A stretch of 64,000 nucleotides of DNA from Candidatus Marinacidobacterium sp. (lineage in GTDB: Bacteria; Acidobacteriota; Vicinamibacteria; Marinacidobacterales; Marinacidobacteraceae). The notes beneath the pieces are model-generated. The model ran no database searches. It worked only from the letters and a program-made list of their open reading frames with translations, and was not told the DNA's origin. The first letter of the stretch is position 1. Every line of letters begins with the position of its first letter. The stretch is from positions 1,920,001-1,984,000 of the forward strand of contig OZ242011.1 of the NCBI GenBank assembly GCA_965204755.1. The letters run 5' to 3'. Below, one piece after another: positions 35,996 to 45,795 of this stretch. A program made the translations under genes and the position numbers.

Positions 35996-37864
35996 ATGGA
36001 AGACGCCGCGGCTTCCGGTCGCCGGAGAGTCTTCGCCGCCCGTTCCGAGAAGCCGCGGGGGGATCGGGCGGCGCTCGCCGAACGCTGCGGGAGGCTCGAC
36101 GGGCGCGCCTACGCGGCCTACCGCGACCTCGAAGGGGTCTGGACCCTCGGCGAACACCTGACGCTGTTCGTGGATCGGGCGGCGCCGGACCCGTTCGCGC
36201 CGCCCACCCGGATGCGGCTCCGGCTCTCCGGGGCGGCGGCCCGGATTCCCGCCGCGCTGCTGGCGGGCCGGATTCGGCGGATCGCCCTCTGCGACTGCCT
36301 GGCGCGCCGGGCGGCGGAGGCCGCGGGCCGCGAGGGTCGCGGGGGCGGTTCGGGCCACAGCGGCGAGATCCGGGTGGACGCCGGGAGCCAGGAAGTGCTG
36401 GAGCGGACGGCGATCCGCCTCGGGCCCGCCCCGGAAGGGGACGGTTCCGGGGTGTCCTTCGTGGAGGGGCGGGTGGAAGTCGGGCTTCCCGCCGCCGGGC
36501 GGCGCATCCTGGGCCGGTCGGCGGCGTCGCTCCTCACCGGGGCGCTCCCCCGAGTCGCGGCGGAAGGGCTGACGCTCCCGGATCCGCCGCCCGCGGAGGT
36601 GGAGGGTTTCATCCGGGTCGTCGAGGAGCAGGAGACGCTCCGCGCGGCCCTCCGGGAGCGGGGGCTGGTCGCGTTCGTCGCCGACGGCGCCGTCCTCCCC
36701 CGCCTCCACGGCGCGAGCCGCCTGCCGCTGGACGAGGACCGCGCCGCGCCTTTCGCCAGCCCGCCTTCGCTGCGGGTCACGCTGCCGCTCCGCGCGGAGG
36801 GCGGGGAGACCGTCTCCGGGATGGGGATCCCCGAAGGCGTCACCCTGATCGCGGGCGGCGGCTACCACGGGAAGTCCACGCTCCTCCAGGCCCTCGCCGC
36901 CGCCGTCTTCCCGCACATTCCCGGCGACGGGCGCGAGCGGTGCGTGACCCGGGCGGACGCGGTGACCGTCCGCGCCGAGGAGGGCCGCGCGGTGCACTCG
37001 GTGGATGTGAGCCCGTTCCTCCGCGACCTGCCCGGGGGCCGCGCCACGGAGTCCTTCTCCACCGAGGACGCCAGCGGCAGCACCAGCCAGGCCGCGGCGA
37101 TCGTGGAGGCGCTGGAGTCCGGCGCCCGGCTGCTGCTCCTGGACGAGGACACCTCGGCCACCAACCTGCTGATCCGCGACGCCCGGATGCAGGCGCTGGT
37201 CGCCGGGCGCGCCGAACCGATCGTCCCGTTCCTCGACCGCGCGCGCGAACTCTTCGAGCGCCATCGGGTCTCCACCATCCTGGTGATGGGCGGCTCCGGC
37301 GACTACTTCGACGCGGCGGACACGGTGATCCGGATGGACTCCTACCGGGCGGCGGACGCCACCGCCGAGGCCCGCCGGATCGCCGCCGCCTTCCCCACCC
37401 GCCGCGCCCCGGAAACGGACGCCGCCGCGTTCTTCGGGCGCGAGCGGACGCCGGTCGCGGCGACCTTCGACGCCTCCGGCCGCCGGGGCACCCCGCGCAT
37501 CCGCGCCATGGGCCGGAGCGCGCTGCTCTACGGCGAGCGCGAAGTGGCCCTCTTCGCCGTCGCCCAACTCTTCGAATCCAGCCAGACCCGCGCGGCCGGC
37601 TATGCGGTTTCCCTCCTGGCCGCGCGCTTCGCCGGCCGCCCCGTCGGCGAGGCGCTGGACGCCGTGGAGGCGTTGCTCGACGGCAGGGGCCTCGATGTCC
37701 TCACCGCGGGCGGCCGCGCCGGCCGCCACCCCGGCCGCTTCGCCCGCCCCCGCCGCCACGAGATCGCCGCGCTGCTGAACCGCCTGCGCGACGGCCGATT
37801 CGAGAACCGCCCGGTCGCCGGCGACGCCTCGCCGAGTCCCTCCGTCGAGGAATCCGCCGGGTAG
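35996..37864 (+). CDS. Predicted ABC-class ATPase (ABC_ATPase domain protein)
   Basis: DPFAPP, GLPAAGRRI, GGGYHGKSTLL, HIPGDGRE, DASGSTSQAA and LDEDTSATN motifs. Confidence 0.9.
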   Translation: MEDAAASGRRRVFAARSEKPRGDRAALAERCGRLDGRAYAAYRDLEGVWTLGEHLTLFVDRAAPDPFAPPTRMRLRLSGAAARIPAALLAGRIRRIALCDCLARRAAEAAGREGRGGGSGHSGEIRVDAGSQEVLERTAIRLGPAPEGDGSGVSFVEGRVEVGLPAAGRRILGRSAASLLTGALPRVAAEGLTLPDPPPAEVEGFIRVVEEQETLRAALRERGLVAFVADGAVLPRLHGASRLPLDEDRAAPFASPPSLRVTLPLRAEGGETVSGMGIPEGVTLIAGGGYHGKSTLLQALAAAVFPHIPGDGRERCVTRADAVTVRAEEGRAVHSVDVSPFLRDLPGGRATESFSTEDASGSTSQAAAIVEALESGARLLLLDEDTSATNLLIRDARMQALVAGRAEPIVPFLDRARELFERHRVSTILVMGGSGDYFDAADTVIRMDSYRAADATAEARRIAAAFPTRRAPETDAAAFFGRERTPVAATFDASGRRGTPRIRAMGRSALLYGEREVALFAVAQLFESSQTRAAGYAVSLLAARFAGRPVGEALDAVEALLDGRGLDVLTAGGRAGRHPGRFARPRRHEIAALLNRLRDGRFENRPVAGDASPSPSVEESAG

Positions 37865-37880
37865 AGTCCGCCGCCGTCCG

Positions 37881-39302
37881 ATGCACACCCTTCCCACTCC
37901 CGGCCTCCTGCTGGCCCTGCCGCTGGCCGGTTCCGCCTGTTCCGGCCCGCAGGACGCCGATGCCCCGGCGCCGAACCGCCTCCTCGTGGACGGCGGGACG
38001 GTGATCGTGATGGACGAAGCCGGCACGGTCCTCCCCGGCGGCGCCGTGCTGGTGGAAGGGGACCGGATCGCGGGCCTCTTCGACCGCGCCGCCCCGCGTC
38101 CGCCCGGCGTGGAGGTGGTGGACGCCGAAGGGCAACTGGTGATTCCCGGCCTGGTGAACACCCACGGGCACGCGGCGATGTCGCTGCTCCGGGGGCTCGC
38201 CGACGACCTCCCGCTGATGACCTGGCTGGAAGAGCACATCTTCCCGGCGGAGGCGGAACTGGTCGCCCCGGACTTCGTGTACTGGGGGACGCTGCTCTCG
38301 TCCATCGAGATGCTGAAGAGCGGCACCACCACCTTCGCGGACATGTACTTCTTCCGCGAGGATGTGGTCCGCGCGATCACCGAAGCCGGGATCCGGGCGG
38401 TGGCCGGGCCGAGCATCATCGGCTTCCCCGCGCCGGACTTCCCGACTCCGGGGGACTCGCTGGCCGGCGCGGACGCCTTCTTCGAGAAGTACCGCGACCA
38501 CCCGCTGCTCGTCCCCGGAACTTCCTCCCACGCGCTCTACACCACCAGCCTCGAAGACACGCGGGCCGCGCTCGAAGCGGCGAACCGCCGCGGCGCGCCG
38601 TTCCAGATCCACGCCGCCGAGGGCAAGGACGAGGACGACCGCGTCCGCGAAGTCACCGGGATGGGCGTCATCGAGGCGCTGGACTCCATCGGCGCCCTCC
38701 GCCCGGGGACGGTGCTCGCCCACGGCATCTACCTCTCCGAGGAGGACATCCGCCGGATCGCCGCCGGCGGGGCGGGAGTGGCGCACAACCCGGAGAGCAA
38801 CATGAAACTCGGCGCGGACCGGGCCGCGCCGGTCACCGAGTTGCTGGCCGCCGGGGTTCCCGTCGGGCTCGGCACCGACGGCCCGGCGAGCAACAACGAC
38901 CTCGACCTGTTCGGCGAGATGGACACCGCCGCGAAACTCCACAAGTTCGCCGCCGGCGACCCGGCGCTCCTGCCGGCGGAGACGGTGTTCCGCATGGCCA
39001 CGATGGGCGGCGCCCGGGTGTTGGGCCTCGCCGACCGCATCGGTTCCCTCGAAGTCGGCAAACGCGCCGACCTGGTTCTGGTCGAAACCCGCCGCGCCGG
39101 CCTCACCCCGCTCTACCGCCCCTACTCGCACCTGGTCTATGCGGTCCGCGGCAGCGATGTCCGCACCGTCCTGGTCAACGGCCGCATCGTGGTGCGCGAC
39201 GGCGAAATCCTCACCGTGGACGAGGCCGCGGTGATGGCGAAGGCCCGCGAGTTCCGCGACCGCGCCGCCGAAGTCGTCGCCCGAGTCCGCGCCTCCCGCT
39301 GA
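37881..39302 (+). CDS. Amidohydrolase, MTA/SAH deaminase (MtaD)-like, with signal peptide
   Basis: PGLVNTHGH, SGTTTFADMY, IHAAE, HNPESNMKL and GLGTDGPASNN motifs. Confidence 0.88.
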   Translation: MHTLPTPGLLLALPLAGSACSGPQDADAPAPNRLLVDGGTVIVMDEAGTVLPGGAVLVEGDRIAGLFDRAAPRPPGVEVVDAEGQLVIPGLVNTHGHAAMSLLRGLADDLPLMTWLEEHIFPAEAELVAPDFVYWGTLLSSIEMLKSGTTTFADMYFFREDVVRAITEAGIRAVAGPSIIGFPAPDFPTPGDSLAGADAFFEKYRDHPLLVPGTSSHALYTTSLEDTRAALEAANRRGAPFQIHAAEGKDEDDRVREVTGMGVIEALDSIGALRPGTVLAHGIYLSEEDIRRIAAGGAGVAHNPESNMKLGADRAAPVTELLAAGVPVGLGTDGPASNNDLDLFGEMDTAAKLHKFAAGDPALLPAETVFRMATMGGARVLGLADRIGSLEVGKRADLVLVETRRAGLTPLYRPYSHLVYAVRGSDVRTVLVNGRIVVRDGEILTVDEAAVMAKAREFRDRAAEVVARVRASR

Positions 39303-39364
39303 CCCGGCCGGACCGCCCGCCCCCGAACGCGCCACCAGCGCCCCGAGCGGGCAGCGGCGCCCGG

Positions 39365-39655
39365 TCAGCGCAGGTCGAGGGTCTGCGGCCGTTCCGGGTA
39401 GGCGCGCCGGTACCGTTTCGTTCGCCTCTCGATGACGGTGAAGCCGACGATGAGGATGAACAACCAGAGCCAGTCTTCGGGGCCGGGCATCGCGCCGGTC
39501 CCTTGGCCGTAGAGGATGGCCCGTAGCCAGTCCCACACGCCGAGCGCGACGGCCGCGGCGATCACCGCGGACTGGATGAGAAAGCACTCCGCGGCGAGCC
39601 GCAACCGATCGCGGCTCCGCGTCGGAAGAGCGCGAAACCGATCCACGATCGTCAT
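39365..39655 (-). CDS. Hypothetical 2-TM membrane protein
   Basis: 96 aa from ATG 39655 with two hydrophobic segments. Confidence 0.6.
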   Translation of the reverse strand: MTIVDRFRALPTRSRDRLRLAAECFLIQSAVIAAAVALGVWDWLRAILYGQGTGAMPGPEDWLWLFILIVGFTVIERRTKRYRRAYPERPQTLDLR

Positions 39656-39835
39656 TTCACTTCGCAACTGCCGATGCAGTGCGCCTCGATGCAGGTGTCG
39701 TGACTCGCGCGGTATGCGGACGCGGACGCGATTTCCGCCGCCGAGCAGCGGTCGGCGCGGTGGTTTCGGCGAGCCGCCGCGCACCGGGAACCGTCCTCGC
39801 GCGCTCGGTGAGCCGTCCGGTCCGGCTGTGTCTTC

Positions 39836-39958
39836 GTGCGCATGGAGGGGTTCGAGTGCCGCTTTGGCTCGACACCCTTATTTTCATACGGGCCGACCGA
39901 GGAAATTAAGCCCCCCACGGGTTCGAGTTGCCTCGACCGGGAGCGAGAGCGGGCGCAT
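39836..39958 (-). ncRNA. Unidentified structured RNA candidate
   Basis: Intergenic; minus-strand hairpins capped by GCAA and GAAA tetraloops plus a third competing stem; no known family recognised. Confidence 0.35.
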
Positions 39959-40023
39959 CCCGGGTGGGCCCCGCTGCCGTTGTCTTCGGCGCCCCGGCGC
40001 TCGGACGCCCCGGCGAGGACTCG

Positions 40024-40830
40024 CTACCGGGCGCGGGCCTCGCGGAGCATCGCCAGCACTTCGTCGTGGAGGGGGCCGTTGGTGCTCAGGGCGTTCGGGC
40101 CGTGGATCGTGCGGTTCCCGTCCCAGTCGGTGAACCGGCCGCCGGCCTCCTCCAGGATCGGCAGGAACGGGGAGGAGTCCCAGGCCTTCATCTCCGGGTC
40201 GAGGCCGATCTCCGAACGCCCGGTGCAGACCAGCGCGTGGCCGAAGGCGTCGCCCCAGGTGCGCCGGGTCGCGCCTCGCGCTCCCACCGCCTCCCAGATC
40301 GGGCCGATGGTGGCCGGATCGGTGGTGGTCGCCAGCGCGTCCTCCATCCGGGAGACCCGGGAGACCCGCGCCGGGCGGCCGTTCCACCAGGCGCCTTCGC
40401 CGACGGCGCCGGTGACCATCTCGCCGAGGCCGGACAGGTTGCAGACGCCGACCACCGCCTCCCCGCCGATCTCCAGGCCGATGAGGGTGCCGAACAGCGG
40501 CGTCCCGTGGATGAAACTGGTGGTGCCGTCGATCGGGTCGAGGATCCAGCGGTGGGTCGGGTCGCCGCCGGACTCGCCGTCCTCCTCGCCGAGCACCCGG
40601 TGGGTGGGGAACCGCTCCCCGATGCGCTTCCGCAGCAGGCGCTCGGCGGCGATGTCCGCTTCGGTCACCGGCGTCCGGTCCGGCTTCACCTCGACCCCGA
40701 CGCCCACCTGGAAGTGGCGGAGGACGAGCCGCCCGGCCTCCCAGGCGATCTCGGTGGCGAAGTCGAGCAACTCCCGCTTGCTGGCGGGGGGGCCGCCCCG
40801 AGGCCGGGAGGGGTCTCCGGGTTCGCTCAA
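40024..40830 (-). CDS. hisN: Histidinol-phosphatase (inositol monophosphatase family)
   Basis: KPDRTPVTEAD, LGEE, WILDPIDGT, WGDAFG and WD motifs. Confidence 0.82.
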   Translation of the reverse strand: MSEPGDPSRPRGGPPASKRELLDFATEIAWEAGRLVLRHFQVGVGVEVKPDRTPVTEADIAAERLLRKRIGERFPTHRVLGEEDGESGGDPTHRWILDPIDGTTSFIHGTPLFGTLIGLEIGGEAVVGVCNLSGLGEMVTGAVGEGAWWNGRPARVSRVSRMEDALATTTDPATIGPIWEAVGARGATRRTWGDAFGHALVCTGRSEIGLDPEMKAWDSSPFLPILEEAGGRFTDWDGNRTIHGPNALSTNGPLHDEVLAMLREARAR

Positions 40831-41000
40831 TCGAGTCTCCTTCCGCGCCGCTGCGGCGCCGGGCGCGGACTATGCCGTATGCGGCCGGCCGGGTCGGAGC
40901 CCGCCGCGGCGCGGCCTCCGACGCCCACGCGTCCCGGTGGCCGAAAGGGGCGTTCTCGCCGAAGGCGAACGGCGGCGCAACGGGCTAAATTCACGCGGTT

Positions 41001-43244
41001 ATGCCGCGTTCGAAGCCGCTTTTGCCGTTCGTCCTGCTCGTCGGGCTCGCCGCCGCCCCGTTCGCCGTCCCGGTCGGGGCCGAGGAGAGCGAGTCCGGCA
41101 CCCGGATCGGCCGGGCCGCGTCCACGCTGGAGGCGCCGGTGATAGACGGACGGATGGACGACGAGGTCTGGCAGGGGGCGGAGCCGCTCACCGGGTTCGT
41201 GCAGGCCAACCCCTTCGAGGGGCAGCCGGCCACCGAGCGCACCGAAGTGCGCATCCTCTTCGACGACGACGCGCTCTACATCGGCGCGACGCTCTACGAC
41301 AGCGACCCCGGCGCGATCATCGCCACGGACGCGCGGCGGGACTCCGGCCTCGACGACACGGACTCCTTCCGGGTGATCCTGGACACCTACCACGACCTCC
41401 AGAACGGCTTCGTCTTCGGCACCACCCCGGCCGGGCTGGAATACGACGGCCAGGTCAGCAACGCCGGCGGGGGCGGCGGCGGAGGCGGCGGCCCGCAGAT
41501 GCGCGCCCGCACCGGCTCCGGCGGCGGCTTCAACCTGAACTGGGACGCGAGTTGGACCGTGGCCACCTCGGTGGGCGACTACGGCTGGTCGGCGGAGTTC
41601 GCCATTCCCCTGCGCACGCTCCGCTACGGGACCAGTCCGCAGACCTGGGGAATCAACTTCCAGCGGAACATCCGGCGGAAACGCGAAGAGGACTTCTGGT
41701 CGCCGGTCGCCCGCGTCTACAACCTCTACCGGCTTTCCTCCGCCGGCGAACTCCACGGGCTGGAACTCCCCGCGCCGCGCAACCTCAAGATCATTCCCTA
41801 CGGCCTCGGCGCCGGCGGCCGGGACTACACGGTCGAGGCGGAAACGCAGTCGAACTTCGACTTCGGCGTGGACGCGAAGGTCGGCGTGACGCCGAGTCTC
41901 AACCTCGACCTCACCTACAACACGGACTTCGCCCAGGTCGAGGTGGACGACCAGCAGATCAACCTCACCCGGTTCAACCTCTTCTTCCCGGAGAAGCGGC
42001 CGTTCTTCCTGGAGAACGCCGGCAACTTCTCCATGGGCCGCGGCAGTTCGGTGGACCTGTTCTTCAGCCGGCGCATCGGCATCGGGCCGAACGGCGTGCC
42101 GGTGCCGATCCTCGGCGGCGCGCGCCTCTCCGGCAAGGCCGGCGACTACAACCTGGGCCTGCTGAACATGCAGACGCAGGAAGTGCCCGATGTGGTGGCC
42201 GCCAACAACTTCACGGTGATGAGCCTGAGCCGCGAGTTCGGGGAGCGTTCCTCGCTCGGCGCCATGTTCGTGAACCGGATGGGCACCGGCGCCGCCGCGC
42301 TCGAGGACGACTGGAACCGCACCTTCGGCGTGGACGGACAGTTGGGCATCGGCGAGCACCTCACCTTCACCGGTTTCGCCGCCCGCACCGTCACTCCGGG
42401 CTACGAGGATCTCGACGGCGGCGAGTACGCCTACAGCGCGCGCGGCGAGTTCTTCCGCAACGACATCCGGCTCTGGCTGGGGATGACCGAGGTTTCGCCG
42501 AACTTCAACCCGGAGGTCGGCTTCCTGCGGAGGAAGGCCTACCGCAACCTGGACTACGGCTGGTTCGGCTACTACCGGCCGAAGTGGCTCCCGGTCTTCC
42601 GCGAACTGCGCCCCCACATCACCTACACCGGCTTCCGCACGCTGGACGGTTTCCTCGAGACCAGCCGCCTCCATGTGGACAGCCACCTCGACTTCGAGAA
42701 CGGCTACTACCTGAGCCCGGCGTTCAACCGCATCACCGAGGGCCTGCTGGAGCCGTTCGAGATCCGCGAAGGGATCGTCGTTCCCCCGGGCACCTACGAG
42801 CACTGGCAACTCGGCTGGCGGTGGAACACCGACCGCTCCGACCCGGTTTCGTATTCCGGCGGCCTCGACTACGGCGGGTTCCTCTCCGGCGAGCAGCGCA
42901 CGCTGGACACCACGCTCAACTACCGCTGGGGCACGCGGCTCATCACTTCCGCATCCTGGCTCTACAACGACATCGCGTTGCCCGAAGGCTCCTTCGTGGC
43001 GAACCTCGGCCAGTTCCGTGCTTCGTTCAACTTCACGCCGGTGATCTACCTGCAGGCGCTCCTCCAATACAACGACGACGCGGACATCTGGTCGTCCAAT
43101 GTGCGTTTCAGTTGGCTGAACACCGCCGGCACCGGCCTGTTCGTGGTCTATAACGACACCGAAGGCCTCGGGAATGTGTTGATCGGGCCGCAGAACCGCA
43201 GCCTCACCGTCAAGTACACCCACCAGTTCGACATCGTGAGGTAG
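41001..43244 (+). CDS. DUF5916 / CBM9-like domain outer-membrane protein
   Basis: Signal peptide, IDGRMDD..W, W.AEFAIP, NTDFAQVEVD and FFPEKRPFFLE motifs. Confidence 0.88.
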   Translation: MPRSKPLLPFVLLVGLAAAPFAVPVGAEESESGTRIGRAASTLEAPVIDGRMDDEVWQGAEPLTGFVQANPFEGQPATERTEVRILFDDDALYIGATLYDSDPGAIIATDARRDSGLDDTDSFRVILDTYHDLQNGFVFGTTPAGLEYDGQVSNAGGGGGGGGGPQMRARTGSGGGFNLNWDASWTVATSVGDYGWSAEFAIPLRTLRYGTSPQTWGINFQRNIRRKREEDFWSPVARVYNLYRLSSAGELHGLELPAPRNLKIIPYGLGAGGRDYTVEAETQSNFDFGVDAKVGVTPSLNLDLTYNTDFAQVEVDDQQINLTRFNLFFPEKRPFFLENAGNFSMGRGSSVDLFFSRRIGIGPNGVPVPILGGARLSGKAGDYNLGLLNMQTQEVPDVVAANNFTVMSLSREFGERSSLGAMFVNRMGTGAAALEDDWNRTFGVDGQLGIGEHLTFTGFAARTVTPGYEDLDGGEYAYSARGEFFRNDIRLWLGMTEVSPNFNPEVGFLRRKAYRNLDYGWFGYYRPKWLPVFRELRPHITYTGFRTLDGFLETSRLHVDSHLDFENGYYLSPAFNRITEGLLEPFEIREGIVVPPGTYEHWQLGWRWNTDRSDPVSYSGGLDYGGFLSGEQRTLDTTLNYRWGTRLITSASWLYNDIALPEGSFVANLGQFRASFNFTPVIYLQALLQYNDDADIWSSNVRFSWLNTAGTGLFVVYNDTEGLGNVLIGPQNRSLTVKYTHQFDIVR

Positions 43245-43301
43245 TCCGCCCGGCTTCGGGCCCGCCCCGCCGCGCGGGTCGGCTGGTAGGGTTTTTTCCA
43301 T

Positions 43302-44141
43302 ATGGACTTCCTGACGCGCGCCGTCGGCGAACTCGGCGCGGTCTCGGTGGCCGCGGCGGCGGCGGTGCTCCTCTCCGGGCTCTACACCTCGTTCTGGGGC
43401 GGCTTCAAGGACTCGCCCTGGGAGGGGTTCAAGCCGCGCACCTTCCCGCGGAGCATCCTCTTCTCGGTCGGCATCTACGCCGGGCTGCTGCTCGTGCCGC
43501 CGCTGCGGGAGCGGGTCGGGGCGCTCTCGCTCGTCCACCTGTTCTTCCTGGTGATGGGGCTCGAGCGGTTCCTCACCGAGTTGTACAAGGGCTTCTTCCG
43601 CCGGGAGAACCAGGCGAAGTACTTCGTGCCCTCGCGGATCACGATCCTCGGACGCCCGCTCGAGAGCGAGCGGCTCCGCCGTTCCGCGGGCGTCGTGCTG
43701 GTCGCGTTGGTGTTGCTGGTGCTCCTGCTGCCCTATCCCGTCACCACTTTCCCCGGTTACCTGCTCACCGCCTACCTGACCGGTCTGCTCGTCGCCGGAG
43801 GCGGCGCGTACAAGGACGCCCCGTTCGAGGGATTCCGCTACCTGAAGTTCCAGCGCTCCGGTCTGGTGCTCGCCGTCCTGTCGCCGGTCTTCTGGTGGAT
43901 CCGGGACCCGGCGGTCCCGGTTTCGCTCGGGGTCCTGATCTACCTGAACGGCGGACTCGAACGTTTCGCCGTCGAGTACTACAAGACCTTCATCCAGCGG
44001 AACATGTCCGGGAAGTTCCGCCCGGACCTGCCGAAACTCGAAACGAAGCGGCGCGAAGCGTTCCACTTCGGCGCGCTCGCCATCATCGCCGCCGTCGCCG
44101 CGCTCAGCCTGCTGCTCGCGACGGGCGGCGCCGGCGGCTGA
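43302..44141 (+). CDS. Hypothetical polytopic membrane protein with two internal repeats
   Basis: GGFKDSPWEGF..FPRS / GAYKDAPFEGF..FQRS and LERF..ELYK / LERF..EYYK. Confidence 0.8.
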   Translation: MDFLTRAVGELGAVSVAAAAAVLLSGLYTSFWGGFKDSPWEGFKPRTFPRSILFSVGIYAGLLLVPPLRERVGALSLVHLFFLVMGLERFLTELYKGFFRRENQAKYFVPSRITILGRPLESERLRRSAGVVLVALVLLVLLLPYPVTTFPGYLLTAYLTGLLVAGGGAYKDAPFEGFRYLKFQRSGLVLAVLSPVFWWIRDPAVPVSLGVLIYLNGGLERFAVEYYKTFIQRNMSGKFRPDLPKLETKRREAFHFGALAIIAAVAALSLLLATGGAGG

Positions 44142-45685
44142 CGACGCCCGACCGCGGCGCCGCCCCCGCCGGCGGTTTCGACGCCGTCGTCGTCGGTTCC
44201 GGTCTCGGGGGAGCGTTCGCGGCGCTCGCCCTGACCGGGGCCGGGGCGCGAGCGCTGGTCCTCGAGCGCGGCGGGTGGCCGAAGCGGGACGAGACCGACT
44301 GGAACCCGCGCGCCATCCTGATCGAACACCGCTACCGGGGCAGCGCGCTCCCGGTAAACCAGGGGCCGCGCCCGGAAGAACTCCCGGTGAACGAAGTCGT
44401 GGGCGGGAAGTCGGTGTTCTACGGCGCGGCGTCGCTGCGCTTCCGGCCGGCCGACTTCGCGCGCTGGCCGGTCTCCTACGACGAGATGGAGCCGTTCTAC
44501 GCCGAGGCGGAGCGGCGGCTCGGCGTCCACGGAACCGCCGGCGCCGACCCCTGCGAGCCGCCGCGTTCCGGGCCGTATCCGCACCCGAGCCCGCCGCTCT
44601 CCGCTCCCGCCCGGCGCATCCGCGACGCCGGGCGGCGGTTGGGGTTCGAGCCGTTCCCGCTGCCGCTGGCGATCAACTTCGCGAACGAAGAGGCGCCGCA
44701 GTGCGTCCTCTGCGACACCTGCGACGGCTTCCCCTGCCGGATCGAAGCGAAGAACGACGCCGCCGGGATCCTCCGCTCGCCGGAAGCGGAGGGCCGCCTC
44801 ACCGTCGCGCCCGGCGTGTCCGTCCGCCGGCTGGTGGTGGAGCGGGGGCGGGTCACCGCCGTCGAGGGCGTCGAGCGCGCGACGGGACGGGAGGCGCGCT
44901 GGGCCGCCCCGCTGGTCGTCTTGGCCGCCGGGGCGATCGGGACCCCGGCGATCCTGCTCCGTTCCGGCCTCGACCGGTTCGGCGTGGGCCGCTTCCTGAT
45001 GCGCCACTGCAACGCGGTCGCCGCCGGCCTCTTCCCGTTCCCCACGAACCCGGAGCGGGTCTTCCACAAACAGGTCGGCTTCACCGACGGTTACGAGACC
45101 GGCCGCGGCCCGGACGGGCTCGCGCCGGGAGTCATCCAGGACATCTACACGCCCGCCCCGGAGGTCGTCCGCCACTTCGCCGGCGGCGCGGCGCGGCTCG
45201 CGCTCCCCGGCCCGGTGATCCGCCGGCTCCAGAACCTGATCTGCATCGCCGAGGACGAGGCGCGGGAAGACAACCGCGTCGCGCTCACCGGGGAGACCGA
45301 CGAGCGGGGGATCGAGCGCGCCGGCGTGACGCACCGCTACCGGGAGACCGACCGGGAGCGGCTCCGTTCGCTCACCCGCCGGGCGCGGCGCATCCTCCGC
45401 TCCGCCGGCGCCCTCGCCACCCGCGTCTGGCCGATCCGCAGTTTCTCCCACGCGGTGGGCACGGTTCGGATGGCGGCGGCCGAGGACGCCGGCCCGCTCG
45501 ACCCGCAGGGCCGGTTCCGGGGCGTCGAGAACCTCTTCGTGACCGACGGCTCCGCCTTCCCGTCCTCCGGCGGCGTGAACCCCAGCCTCACCATCGCCGC
45601 CAACGCCCTCCGCATCGCCTCGGGCATCTCGACTCGACCGGCGGGCCGCCCGCCGACCCCGCGCCCCGCGTCCGGCCGAGGTTGA
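44138..45685 (+). CDS. GMC family oxidoreductase
   Basis: VVVGSGLGG, VGGKS, CVLCDTCDGFPC, HAVGTVRM and DGSAFPSSGGVNPSLTI motifs; start uncertain (CTG at 44138). Confidence 0.88.
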   Translation: MTTPDRGAAPAGGFDAVVVGSGLGGAFAALALTGAGARALVLERGGWPKRDETDWNPRAILIEHRYRGSALPVNQGPRPEELPVNEVVGGKSVFYGAASLRFRPADFARWPVSYDEMEPFYAEAERRLGVHGTAGADPCEPPRSGPYPHPSPPLSAPARRIRDAGRRLGFEPFPLPLAINFANEEAPQCVLCDTCDGFPCRIEAKNDAAGILRSPEAEGRLTVAPGVSVRRLVVERGRVTAVEGVERATGREARWAAPLVVLAAGAIGTPAILLRSGLDRFGVGRFLMRHCNAVAAGLFPFPTNPERVFHKQVGFTDGYETGRGPDGLAPGVIQDIYTPAPEVVRHFAGGAARLALPGPVIRRLQNLICIAEDEAREDNRVALTGETDERGIERAGVTHRYRETDRERLRSLTRRARRILRSAGALATRVWPIRSFSHAVGTVRMAAAEDAGPLDPQGRFRGVENLFVTDGSAFPSSGGVNPSLTIAANALRIASGISTRPAGRPPTPRPASGRG

Positions 45686-45795
45686 ATCGTTGAAATCGCA
45701 AGTCGTTGACGAATGGGGCGTAACCGACCTGCCGAACCGGGCGTGGCGCCGCATCGACGGCGTGGCGGCGCGGGGCGCGGGTCTAAATTGACGGG

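Noticed and set aside
39847-39930. tRNA or tmRNA suggested by two GGGTTCGAGT motifs
   Set aside because: T-stems do not pair, there is no cloverleaf or CCA end, and GNRA loops favour the opposite strand.
39836-44066. Long alternative ORFs (1105 aa and 1079 aa) and many similar Arg/Pro/Gly-rich ORFs across the window
   Set aside because: Shadow frames of real genes, expected in very high-GC DNA; no motifs.
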